A stretch of 64,000 nt of DNA, taken from Thermodesulfobacteriota bacterium (GTDB taxonomy: Bacteria > Desulfobacterota > Desulfobacteria > Desulfobacterales > SURF-7). The notes beneath the pieces were generated by a model that saw only the letters and a program-made list of their open reading frames with translations, made no database searches and was not told where the DNA came from. A program made the position numbers and the translations under genes. Of this stretch, positions 29,272 to 37,828 are shown in pieces. The stretch's first letter is position 1. The number at the start of each line of letters is the position of its first letter. The stretch lies in contig JBMORA010000018.1 in NCBI GenBank assembly GCA_049320885.1, positions 80,119 through 144,118 of the forward strand, read 5' to 3'.

Positions 29272-29876
29272 ATCACGCTATCCTTTCCGGCGGCCGGACG
29301 TTGTAAGCGAAGGCCGCCCCGGTCTTCCTGGAGGACCGGGATCCGCAGCACTTTTTCGATCAATGCCGCTGTTTTCACCAGCGCCGCAACATCCTCCTCC
29401 TGAAATCCTTCCACATTCCGGGCGATGATGCCAAACGAATGGTCTTCCGACGCCCTGACCAGCTCCTCCCCGGCAGGCTCCAGCGAAACCAGGATCTGCC
29501 GCTTATCGTGAGACGCCTTTCTCCGGATTACGAGGCCTCGTTTTTCAAGTCGCTCCACCGTGCGGCTCGCGGTGCTGAGGTGAATATTCATTTCATCGGC
29601 GATCTCACCCATTCCCGCCGAGGAGCGCCTACGAAGAAAATACAACAGGTAAAAGGCCTCATAATTAATCCCGAACAATTGGACTTTCCGGCGTTCGAAA
29701 TGATAAATGGCCGCCATGGCTTCAAACAGCATCTGGTCAAGCCTGCTTCTGGGAATATCCGCCAGCAGGTTCCGTGATAAGGGAGTCATCATTCCAGCCC
29801 CGCCATGCACCACCACCGATTCCGATCCGCCGACCCCAGGTGCCGTTTCGGCGGTGACGAACGGATATGGTTGCAT
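29268..29876 (-). CDS. MarR family transcriptional regulator
   Basis: MGEIADEMNIHLSTASRTVERLEKRGLVIR...DKRQILVSL..AG; real start probably near 29790. Confidence 0.88.
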   Translation of the reverse strand: MQPYPFVTAETAPGVGGSESVVVHGGAGMMTPLSRNLLADIPRSRLDQMLFEAMAAIYHFERRKVQLFGINYEAFYLLYFLRRRSSAGMGEIADEMNIHLSTASRTVERLEKRGLVIRRKASHDKRQILVSLEPAGEELVRASEDHSFGIIARNVEGFQEEDVAALVKTAALIEKVLRIPVLQEDRGGLRLQRPAAGKDSVI

Positions 29877-29949
29877 TGTTACAATTTTTACGTGTAATAA
29901 TTATTTTGAATTTAATATTATTTTAATTCCTGCTGTATTCTAACTATTC

Positions 29950-29975
29950 TTTTATTTGCATGTTTGCAAGTAAAA
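29950..29975. promoter_or_regulatory. Palindromic operator (probable MarR site)
   Basis: TTTTATTTGCA-TGTT-TGCAAGTAAAA (11-bp arms, one mismatch); related TTGCA-TTGT-TACAA at 29871-29884. Confidence 0.55.
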
Positions 29976-30201
29976 TTTCACTTTTGTCTTTTGCACCGAA
30001 GTCGAACGGGTCTGCCCGGTCGATGATCCGCCGGCACAGTCAACCACCACCTGCAGGGGACAACTACCCGCTGAACCCTTTCATCCGCCTTTGTCCGCCT
30101 TTGTCATTGACATCGAAGAGCGTACTTGTTAATAATTCGTAACATTTCGAGCCTACAGGTAGTAAAACAGATAACTTTTTTGAAAGGGGGTAAACAAGGA
30201 A

Positions 30202-30663
30202 ATGAAAAGAAACGATTTATTACAGATGGTTGTAATGGCGGTTGCCGTGCTTTGCGTCGCCGGGGTCACGGGGCTTTACGCCGGCACGACGGTTCTGGAT
30301 GTCGTCAAGATGGAACACAAGGCTTACACCAAACACACCAAGGGCATTGTCCAGTTTTCCCACAAAAAGCATGCCGAGGATTACAAAGCTGGCTGCGGCG
30401 ATTGCCATCACGATGAAAAAGGCAAACCCCTCACCAGCCTGAAGGCCGGGGACGATGTCAAAAACTGCTTTGATTGCCACAGCAAACCGGGCCTGGCACC
30501 CAAGGGCAAAGGCGCTCCCAAACTCTCTAAAAAAGAGAAGGTGCAGCAATATCACGCCGAAGCCATTCATGCCAACTGCATCGACTGCCACAAGACCCAC
30601 AACAAAACCACCAAAACCAAAGCGGCGCCGGTTACCTGCAAGGATTGCCATCCCAAAAAATAG
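30202..30663 (+). CDS. Periplasmic tetraheme cytochrome c3 (class III)
   Basis: Signal peptide, FSHKKH, four CxxCH motifs (CGDCH, CFDCH, CIDCH, CKDCH), Lys-rich. Confidence 0.95.
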   Translation: MKRNDLLQMVVMAVAVLCVAGVTGLYAGTTVLDVVKMEHKAYTKHTKGIVQFSHKKHAEDYKAGCGDCHHDEKGKPLTSLKAGDDVKNCFDCHSKPGLAPKGKGAPKLSKKEKVQQYHAEAIHANCIDCHKTHNKTTKTKAAPVTCKDCHPKK

Positions 30664-30694
30664 GGATTTCCAGCCGGCTCCTGCCGATTACCAG

Positions 30695-30731
30695 AAGGCG
30701 ATCATTCCGACGGGATGGTCGCCTTTTTTTG
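30695..30731 (+). terminator. Intrinsic terminator after cytochrome c3, overlapping the dsrN 3' end
   Basis: AAGGCGATCATTCC-GAC-GGGATGGTCGCCTT followed by a T tract. Confidence 0.8.
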
Positions 30732-32156
30732 TTTTTGATAATCCGCCGCCTTGCGAACCAGGGCCTCCGCCCAGCCGGAAGTTCCCGCGGCATGCAGGTG
30801 GGTATAACTGGCCAGCACGTTCAGCCGGCAGATGCCGTCTCGATGGTTTTGAAAACCGGTGCCTCGCTTGGTTGAAAACACCATGTCCTCATCCCGTCCG
30901 CACCACTCCTTCACCGTGGAGTAGCGGAATTCATGCCCCCGGATTTCCGTCCCCATTTCGAAATAGGGATTGGGCCGGTCCACAACGGAAACGGTATATC
31001 CATGCCCCTGGGGCTTTTGGGACAGGCCGAACACGATGGGCAGGACACCGGTCATTTCATACGAACGTCCGCCGACAACGATCCGTTCCCCCAGATACAT
31101 CAGGCCGCCGCATTCCGCATAAACGGGCAGTCCCGCCGCGGCTCCGTCTTTAACAGCCGCCCGGAAACGGATATTTTTCTCCAGCGCTTCCGCATGGGTT
31201 TCCGGGAAACCGCCGCCGATATACAGGGCATCCACTTCCGGAAGGTGATCCTGGGCAAGCGGGCTGATAAAAAGCAGCTCGGCGCCGGCCGCCTCCAATG
31301 CCTCGATGTTGTCCGGGTAATAAAACTGGAACGCGGAGTCTTTCACCACACCTATGATGGGTTTGTTCGGGTCCGCTGCTGCCGCATCCGTTCGGTCGAC
31401 AGTTTCCCGCCAGGCTTCGGACTGCCCGCCGATCATCCGCCCGGTTGAGCCGGACGCCGCGATCTGATACAGTTTTTCCAGATCCACATGGCTGCCCACC
31501 AGGTCCGCTGCGATACGGATGGCCGAAAGAGCCCAGGCATGTTCTTGGGTCGGCAGCAGGCCCATATGACGTTCCGGAAAATCCTGCTGCCGCACCTTGG
31601 GCAAGGCGCCGATCACCGGAATGCCGCAATAGTGTTCGATGCTTCGGCGCAATATCGATTCATGCCGGGCGCCGGCTACTCGGTTCAGGATAACGGCTAC
31701 TATCCGCACATCCGTGTCGAAACGCCGGCATCCGTCCACCACGGCGGCCATGGTGCGGGTGCTCTTGGTACCGTCGATGCACAGCACCACCGGCAGGCCG
31801 ATGAGTTTGGCGATTTCGGCCGTACTGGTGCATCCCTCGATATCAATGCCGTCATAGAGTCCGCGATTGCCTTCCACCACGGCGATATCCGCCGCGGCGC
31901 TGTGCCGTCTATAGGAGTGTACCACATAGGAGGGGGGAGTCAGGAACAGATCCAGATTGTAGCAAGGGCGGTCCGCCGCCAGGGCGAGCCACCCTGCATC
32001 AATATAATCCGGACCTTTTTTAAAAGGAACAACTATGCGCCCGTCGCGGCGAAGCGCCGCAACCAGGCCGATGGAAAGCAGGGTCTTGCCCGCCCCGCCC
32101 CGAAGGGCTGAAATAACAACACCGGGACTCCCCGTTTCTTTCCGCCAGGCATTCAT
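30702..32156 (-). CDS. dsrN: Cobyrinate a,c-diamide synthase family protein DsrN (siroheme amidase)
   Basis: GGAGKT, FKKGPDYID, VEGNRGLYDG, ERHMGL, AFQFYY, AECGGLMYL, GHEFRYS; directly downstream of dsrABD. Confidence 0.9.
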   Translation of the reverse strand: MNAWRKETGSPGVVISALRGGAGKTLLSIGLVAALRRDGRIVVPFKKGPDYIDAGWLALAADRPCYNLDLFLTPPSYVVHSYRRHSAAADIAVVEGNRGLYDGIDIEGCTSTAEIAKLIGLPVVLCIDGTKSTRTMAAVVDGCRRFDTDVRIVAVILNRVAGARHESILRRSIEHYCGIPVIGALPKVRQQDFPERHMGLLPTQEHAWALSAIRIAADLVGSHVDLEKLYQIAASGSTGRMIGGQSEAWRETVDRTDAAAADPNKPIIGVVKDSAFQFYYPDNIEALEAAGAELLFISPLAQDHLPEVDALYIGGGFPETHAEALEKNIRFRAAVKDGAAAGLPVYAECGGLMYLGERIVVGGRSYEMTGVLPIVFGLSQKPQGHGYTVSVVDRPNPYFEMGTEIRGHEFRYSTVKEWCGRDEDMVFSTKRGTGFQNHRDGICRLNVLASYTHLHAAGTSGWAEALVRKAADYQKQKKATIPSE

Positions 32157-32193
32157 CCGATTGTAATCAAATCCGAATAACCGTCGCTTCGGA

Positions 32194-32436
32194 CTATTCT
32201 TCGTCTTCCGCCGCAGCCTGCTTGCCGGTGCCTTTCAATCCTATCATCGTGGTGCTGCCGCTCGACCAGTACTCCAGGATTCCTTCCGCCACCATGTCAT
32301 TTACCAGGTTTTTCACCGTACGCGGTTTTTCTTCCGGAAGAAAGGAATAAAAATCCTTCAGATAGAATTTGCTTTTGGATTTGGCTTTCTTTTCCAGATT
32401 TTCGACGATGGTTTTTTTTGCAGCTTCGATATCCAT
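32194..32436 (-). CDS. dsrD: Dissimilatory sulfite reductase D
   Basis: KSKSKFYLKDF, LEYWSSGSTTM; SD AAGGA before ATG 32436. Confidence 0.95.
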   Translation of the reverse strand: MDIEAAKKTIVENLEKKAKSKSKFYLKDFYSFLPEEKPRTVKNLVNDMVAEGILEYWSSGSTTMIGLKGTGKQAAAEDEE

Positions 32437-32517
32437 ATCCGGTTCCTTTTCATGAAAGTGAATCCGGGACGGAGTACAAGGCATCCGTCCCGGAAGCAAA
32501 TTGGCGCAAAAATTCTA

Positions 32518-33663
32518 TTAGAACTTGAATTGCGTCGTCTGTCGCCAGGTGTAGTAAGCCGGATCACGGAAATCATCGATCAGATGATGCGTGAATTCGA
32601 GCTCGCATTTTTCGAAGAACCGTTCCCACCCGATCCGCTCGGCCCATTCACCCAGACGTTCATATTTCCGGGCATCGGCGGCATAGGTGTCAACGATCCG
32701 TTTGATGGTGCTCGTGGTTTTCGGCCATCTCGGGGCTTCGTTGGGAATGAAGGCCACGACGACTTTGGAAAACTTCGGCGTGCTGATGCGGTTGGAAACC
32801 TTGCCGCCCACCATCAACACGATACCATCACCCTCGGTATCCGCCAACGGCATGGACGGACACATGGTGTAGCAGTTGCCGCAGAACATGCAGCGTTCGT
32901 TGTTCACGGCCACGGAGTTGAGTTTCTGACCGTTGAAATCGATCTTGGCCGGTTTGATGGCCGCGGTGGGGCAGGCGGCGATGGCCAGGGGGATTTCGCA
33001 CAATTTGTCGAGATATTCGTGATCCAGCAACGGCGGTTTGCGGTGATACCCCAGAATGGCGATATCGGAGCAATGCACCGCGCCGCACATGTTCAGGCAG
33101 CAGGCCAGAGAAACGCGAACGTGGGCCGGCATGCGCATGTTTTTAAAATCATCAAACAGCGCATCCATGGCCGCCTTGACCGGACCGGAGGCATCCGTGG
33201 CCGGAGTATGGCAATGAATCCAGCCCTGGGTATGGACGATATTGGTGATGCCGGCGCCGGTGCCGCCGATGGGGAATTTAAAGCTGCCGGCGGCGAACTT
33301 ACGGCTTTCCAAATCTTTTTTCAACGGCTCGACTTTCGCCTTGCTGTCCACCATGAATTCGATGTTGTTGCGGGTGGTGAAGCGCACATGACCGCCGCAA
33401 TGTTTATCGGCGATATCACAGATTTCACGGATATGGCTAACGCTCATCAGACGGGCGCCGCCGACTCTCACCGTGTAGACTTCATCGCCGGATTCGGATA
33501 CATGGACCAGAACGCCGGGTTCCAGGATTTCATGATACAGCCATTTGCCTTTGTTCTTGGCAATCACGGGCGGATAAAATTCATTGTAATCTCTCGGACC
33601 GATGTCGGTGATCCGGTCTTTCATGGGTTCTTTTGGGTCATACCCGGAAGATATAAAAGCCAT
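32518..33663 (-). CDS. dsrB: Dissimilatory sulfite reductase beta subunit
   Basis: [59 protein letters not shown]. Confidence 0.99.
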   Translation of the reverse strand: MAFISSGYDPKEPMKDRITDIGPRDYNEFYPPVIAKNKGKWLYHEILEPGVLVHVSESGDEVYTVRVGGARLMSVSHIREICDIADKHCGGHVRFTTRNNIEFMVDSKAKVEPLKKDLESRKFAAGSFKFPIGGTGAGITNIVHTQGWIHCHTPATDASGPVKAAMDALFDDFKNMRMPAHVRVSLACCLNMCGAVHCSDIAILGYHRKPPLLDHEYLDKLCEIPLAIAACPTAAIKPAKIDFNGQKLNSVAVNNERCMFCGNCYTMCPSMPLADTEGDGIVLMVGGKVSNRISTPKFSKVVVAFIPNEAPRWPKTTSTIKRIVDTYAADARKYERLGEWAERIGWERFFEKCELEFTHHLIDDFRDPAYYTWRQTTQFKF

Positions 33664-33678
33664 ATTCTCTACCCCCTA

Positions 33679-34992
33679 TTATCTCAGATGGTGTTTTCTG
33701 AATTCATTGATATCGCGCTCCCATCCGCCTGCAACCTCTTCTTCTTTCCAGAAGATGTACGGATTGTGGCGCGGTTCCTGGACATGCTGCGGCATCGGTT
33801 TGATGTTGGTCGCCTCCAGCATTTTCTGGAAGCCCTGGCGTTTGATCAATTCACCGAGGCGTTCGCGGTTCTTGCCTTCTTCCATCCACCAATCCCAGAT
33901 GGCTTCGATGACTTCGGTGATTTCCTCATACGGTTCTTCCACCGGCACGAAGGGCACCAGCAGGGAACCCATCTGGGCACCGTCCAGAATGGGGGCTTTG
34001 GCGCCGACCAGGATGGACAGACCGCGTTCATCGCCGATTCTCAGAGCCCGGGGCATGACATTGATGCAGTGCATGCAGCGGTTGCATTCCCGGTTGTTGA
34101 TGCTCAGTTTGCCGCCCTCGTACTTCATGCATTCGGTGGGGCAGAGGGCAATCACTTCCTTTTGAATGTCGAACGGACCCCAATTGCGGCCGGAATGGGC
34201 ACCGGCGTTGGGAACGAATTCGCCACCGACATAGGCCTTGACCGCCGCTTGATCAATTTTGATGTCGTCCTTCCAGGTACCGATGAAGGACATGTCGGCC
34301 CGGGCAATGGAGGCTACGCAGCAATTGGGGCAGCCGTCCAGTTTGAACTTGAATTTATAGGGAAACGCCGGACGATGCAATTCGTCCTGATATTGGTTGG
34401 TGAGGAAATGGCAAAGCGCCTGGGTGTCGTAGCAGGCATACTCACAGCGGGCTTGGCCGATACAATCGGACGGTGTCCGCAGGTTGGACCCGGAGCCGCC
34501 CAGGTCCTGGTTCATATTGTGGGTCAGTTCATAAAAGATTTCTTCCAATTGCGGGGTCTGGGTTCCCAGCAGAATGATATCGCCGGTGGACCCGTGCATA
34601 TTGGTCAATCCGCTGCCGCGCAAATCCCACAAATCGCAGAGCTGCCGCAGATAGTCGGTTTTATAGAATTTACCGGCGGGCTGATTCACACGGATGGTAT
34701 GAAAATGGGCCACGCCCGGAAACATCTCCGGTTGATCGCAGTAACGCCCGATAACGCCGCCGCCGTAACCGAAAACGCCCACGATGCCGCCGTGTTTCCA
34801 GTGGGTCCGGCCATGTTTGAAGGAAAGTTCCAGAACGCCCAGAACATCATCGCAGACATCTTGGGGAATCTGGTAATTAACCTTTTTCTCGTTCTTGGCC
34901 CGCACTTCCGCATGCTGCTTGATGTCGGACACGAAGCTCGGCCACGGCCCAGATTCCAGTTGGTCCAACAAAGGAGTCTTGTGTTTTGCCAT
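33679..34992 (-). CDS. dsrA: Dissimilatory sulfite reductase alpha subunit
   Basis: TPLLDQLESGPWPSFV, THWKHGGIVGVFGYGGGVIGRY, CIGQARC, FPYKFKFK, GCPNCC. Confidence 0.99.
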   Translation of the reverse strand: MAKHKTPLLDQLESGPWPSFVSDIKQHAEVRAKNEKKVNYQIPQDVCDDVLGVLELSFKHGRTHWKHGGIVGVFGYGGGVIGRYCDQPEMFPGVAHFHTIRVNQPAGKFYKTDYLRQLCDLWDLRGSGLTNMHGSTGDIILLGTQTPQLEEIFYELTHNMNQDLGGSGSNLRTPSDCIGQARCEYACYDTQALCHFLTNQYQDELHRPAFPYKFKFKLDGCPNCCVASIARADMSFIGTWKDDIKIDQAAVKAYVGGEFVPNAGAHSGRNWGPFDIQKEVIALCPTECMKYEGGKLSINNRECNRCMHCINVMPRALRIGDERGLSILVGAKAPILDGAQMGSLLVPFVPVEEPYEEITEVIEAIWDWWMEEGKNRERLGELIKRQGFQKMLEATNIKPMPQHVQEPRHNPYIFWKEEEVAGGWERDINEFRKHHLR

Positions 34993-35140
34993 TGTTTACC
35001 TCCATTAGATAAAAAGTAACCGACCTGTCGCTGCCCTGGCAGGGCGATCCAGGCCACCTCCACTCATTATTACCGTATCGTTAATGATCTGTCTGTATCG
35101 ATAACCAAATTCAATCAATATATTGAGAATCAAAGTTGAG

Positions 35141-35169
35141 ACTATAGAAGCAAAGAATTTGTTTGTCAA
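35141..35169 (-). promoter_or_regulatory. Near-consensus sigma70 promoter of dsrABD
   Basis: Minus strand TTGACA-N17-TATAGT. Confidence 0.8.
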
Positions 35170-35276
35170 TAAAAAAGCCCGGCCTGAACTTGTTTGGTAT
35201 TAGGTTGGCGTCCCATGCCGTCAAACGCCTTATATGGTACGTATTTTCGTATGCACGCGGCATCTTTTCATCAGGA

Positions 35277-36440
35277 TCACGACCGCCAATGACTCATGGC
35301 GGCCCGCAATCCTTCCGCGTGTTGTTTCAGGTTCTGGCGGATAATCGGCAGCTCCGGAGATTCCGCTGGATAAGTATCAAGGATGAAATGGAACAGTTCC
35401 AGCAGTTCCCCGCTGGAAAAGGAATGAAAATACCCGGTCCAGCTTTGATGGATAGACGTACTGATCCCGCCCATTGGAGCCGGTTTGGTATCCAACCCTT
35501 CCAAAAAACCGTTGACAATCCCCGGAAGAATATATTCCCCGATCCATACCGAGTCGCCGATCCCGTCCAGCCGATCCAGGCGCATACGGATCGACAGATT
35601 CAGGAAAAACAACAGCAGCCCGTTGAGCATCATTACCGAATCGGTTCCTGCCGACTCCAACATGGAGGCATATTGCCGCACGGTCACCAGACGCACGTGC
35701 ACATCCCCCCCTGTGATCCTCAGAACAAAATCACCGGCGGCATGATGCCATGGAAAGATCTGCCGGCCCGTCGCAAGCTCATAATAATAGGTCAAAATCC
35801 GGCTGGCCAGGCGGTACACGTCCCGTGCCTGATCATTGGACAAGCAGCGGCGACCGTTTTCCGTATCCCACACCGCCACCGCCTGCCCGCCGTCAGGCGT
35901 CGCCGTCACATGGAATTCATGGTATCCCGCAAGCCATTCACCCACGAACATGGAGGCCGTGCGGCCCTTGCCGATGGCAACCTCGCCGTAATCATAAGCC
36001 CGGGGGACATAAGGCTCCCCAAAGGATTCCCGCAGCTGTTTCAGGCAGCGATATTCCCCTTGGATCACCCGACGGCCGGCTTTTGAAAGCGCCACGTTGA
36101 CCACAAAGCAATCGGTGCGGCCCCGGGCCTGCACCTCAAGTCTGGCCGGATGATAGAACGGACCATGTTTTTCCATGAAAATTCGAACCCGCTCCAACTC
36201 CCCGGGGAAAGGCCCATCACCGCCGGCTGGCCCAAGAGCCTTACGCAGACAAAGGAAATCGTCGGCGGATACAAACTGCTCCAGGGCCGCGAAGTATTCG
36301 CCGCAACGGAAACCGTTATCCGCCATGGATCGCGCTGCCTGCCGGTTCATTGGCAGGTATTCGTTCCAAATCGGATCCCCTGGGCCGACGGGTTCCGGAT
36401 CGCTAGCAACATGGAAAAAAATCCGGGGGGGAGGAGACAT
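35277..36440 (-). CDS. Hypothetical protein, possible degenerate kinase-like (APH/PKL) fold
   Basis: Long ORF 7 bp after the TPR gene; EYRCLKQL, VPRAYDYG, MFVGEWLAG, WHHAAGDF, VRLVTVR occur in PKL subdomain order. Confidence 0.7.
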   Translation of the reverse strand: MSPPPRIFFHVASDPEPVGPGDPIWNEYLPMNRQAARSMADNGFRCGEYFAALEQFVSADDFLCLRKALGPAGGDGPFPGELERVRIFMEKHGPFYHPARLEVQARGRTDCFVVNVALSKAGRRVIQGEYRCLKQLRESFGEPYVPRAYDYGEVAIGKGRTASMFVGEWLAGYHEFHVTATPDGGQAVAVWDTENGRRCLSNDQARDVYRLASRILTYYYELATGRQIFPWHHAAGDFVLRITGGDVHVRLVTVRQYASMLESAGTDSVMMLNGLLLFFLNLSIRMRLDRLDGIGDSVWIGEYILPGIVNGFLEGLDTKPAPMGGISTSIHQSWTGYFHSFSSGELLELFHFILDTYPAESPELPIIRQNLKQHAEGLRAAMSHWRS

Positions 36441-36447
36441 GTAAAAT

Positions 36448-37068
36448 CTACCGAAAAGACTCGATTTCTTTGAGAATCTCGTTGGATACCGGATAACCGA
36501 GCTCCCGGGCCTTGTCCGCATGCCGGACGGCTTCTTCGGTCATCCCTTTTTCAAGATAAGCAATGGCCAGGTTGTTATGGGCCACGGCGAATTCCGGTTC
36601 GATTTCAATTGCCTTCAGATTGGCTTCAATGCTTTCATCCACCAACCCGCTCATCAGATAGGCGTTGGCGAGAGTGGCATAAGCCTGCAAAAAATTCCGG
36701 TTGAAACGGATCGCCTTTTGCAGCGCCTTGATGGCCTCGTCGACTTCGCCGCGCTGCAGATGCACAAACCCGATGTTGCCGTATCCCTCTGCAAAACCGG
36801 CCCGGGAATTGACCGCCTGCCGATTGTATTTCAGACAACCGTCCAGATCGCCGCGATGAAGACGGATACCGCCCAATTGAACATAGGCTTCCGCCAGCGT
36901 CGGGCTGCAGGAGACCGCCTCCAGAAATTCTTTTTCCGCCTCATCGATCCGGTTCACGCCCAGAAGGGCAACCCCCAGATTGTAATGGGAGGTGCCGCAT
37001 TCCGGATTCATGGCAGTGGCCTGACGGCTTTTGGCGATGTATTCTTCCGCGTTTTTCGCTTTTTCCAT
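36448..37068 (-). CDS. Tetratricopeptide repeat protein
   Basis: About five TPRs (HYNLGVAL, AYVQLGGI, GYGNIGFV, AYATLANA, AHNNLAIA); start ATG 37068. Confidence 0.9.
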   Translation of the reverse strand: MEKAKNAEEYIAKSRQATAMNPECGTSHYNLGVALLGVNRIDEAEKEFLEAVSCSPTLAEAYVQLGGIRLHRGDLDGCLKYNRQAVNSRAGFAEGYGNIGFVHLQRGEVDEAIKALQKAIRFNRNFLQAYATLANAYLMSGLVDESIEANLKAIEIEPEFAVAHNNLAIAYLEKGMTEEAVRHADKARELGYPVSNEILKEIESFR

Positions 37069-37240
37069 TTTCCATACCCTTCCTGAATACGTTTTCTCAA
37101 ATTCGGTACCGCTATATCGGAAACCCTTCCAATGCACAAACATTTTTCTGCCGAGACCGGGTCGGAGTGCTCTCAACATTATATTTGGACTTTTATTTTC
37201 ATCCAGTTATCGAATGCATGAACCGGCCAGGGCCGATCCA

Positions 37241-37426
37241 TCACTCCATCCCCATCGACTCCAAGGCGGTTTCAACCAGGGAGATATTCTGCAAACGCTG
37301 CCATTGATCGACGACAACGCCTTCCGGATTGATCACCGCTACCAGCGGCAGGGCGAAGGATTTTTCGACCCGGATGCCCACGGGTTTCATGGCGGCTTTC
37401 AGTTTGCCCGAAGGCCATGGCTCCAC
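37241..37426 (-). pseudogene. Possible gene remnant resembling the C-terminus of a thioredoxin-like protein
   Basis: LPLVAVINPEGVVVDQW resembles the cis-Pro/beta-hairpin end of a Trx fold; no good upstream start or SD. Confidence 0.25.
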
Positions 37427-37828
37427 CCAGTAGCAGGAAAAGGACGAATGGTGGTCCGCACCCGTTTGATCTGACTGAGTAAAAATTGATATTGTCTGCC
37501 GGCTTGCATATATTAATCAGGTATTGTGATAATTTTCAAGAACACCCTTGGGGCCGGACCGAAAAATAGAATCCGGACCAGACCAGGCTTTCAACATGAT
37601 TTCCCGAAACACCATGAGGCGGTTCCCATAAATATTATCTTTTTTTTTGCAACAGGATATGGTATCGTATATCTAATTTAAAATCAGGCTTTTGAGAATC
37701 CATAAAGGCCGCCGTTCCAGAGGCGATGGATCGTATCACCCTGTTTTCGATATCCTCTACCCAAAACCGACGCATTCCCAGAGAAATCGTGCTGATCCAT
37801 AAATAATCCAACCACCCGGGGAAGACCG

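Noticed and set aside
32452..35019. 855-aa plus-strand ORF antisense to dsrAB
   Set aside because: Shadow ORF from codon bias of highly expressed GC-rich genes; no recognisable motifs. The same applies to long antisense ORFs over clpB, uvrA, glnA and carB
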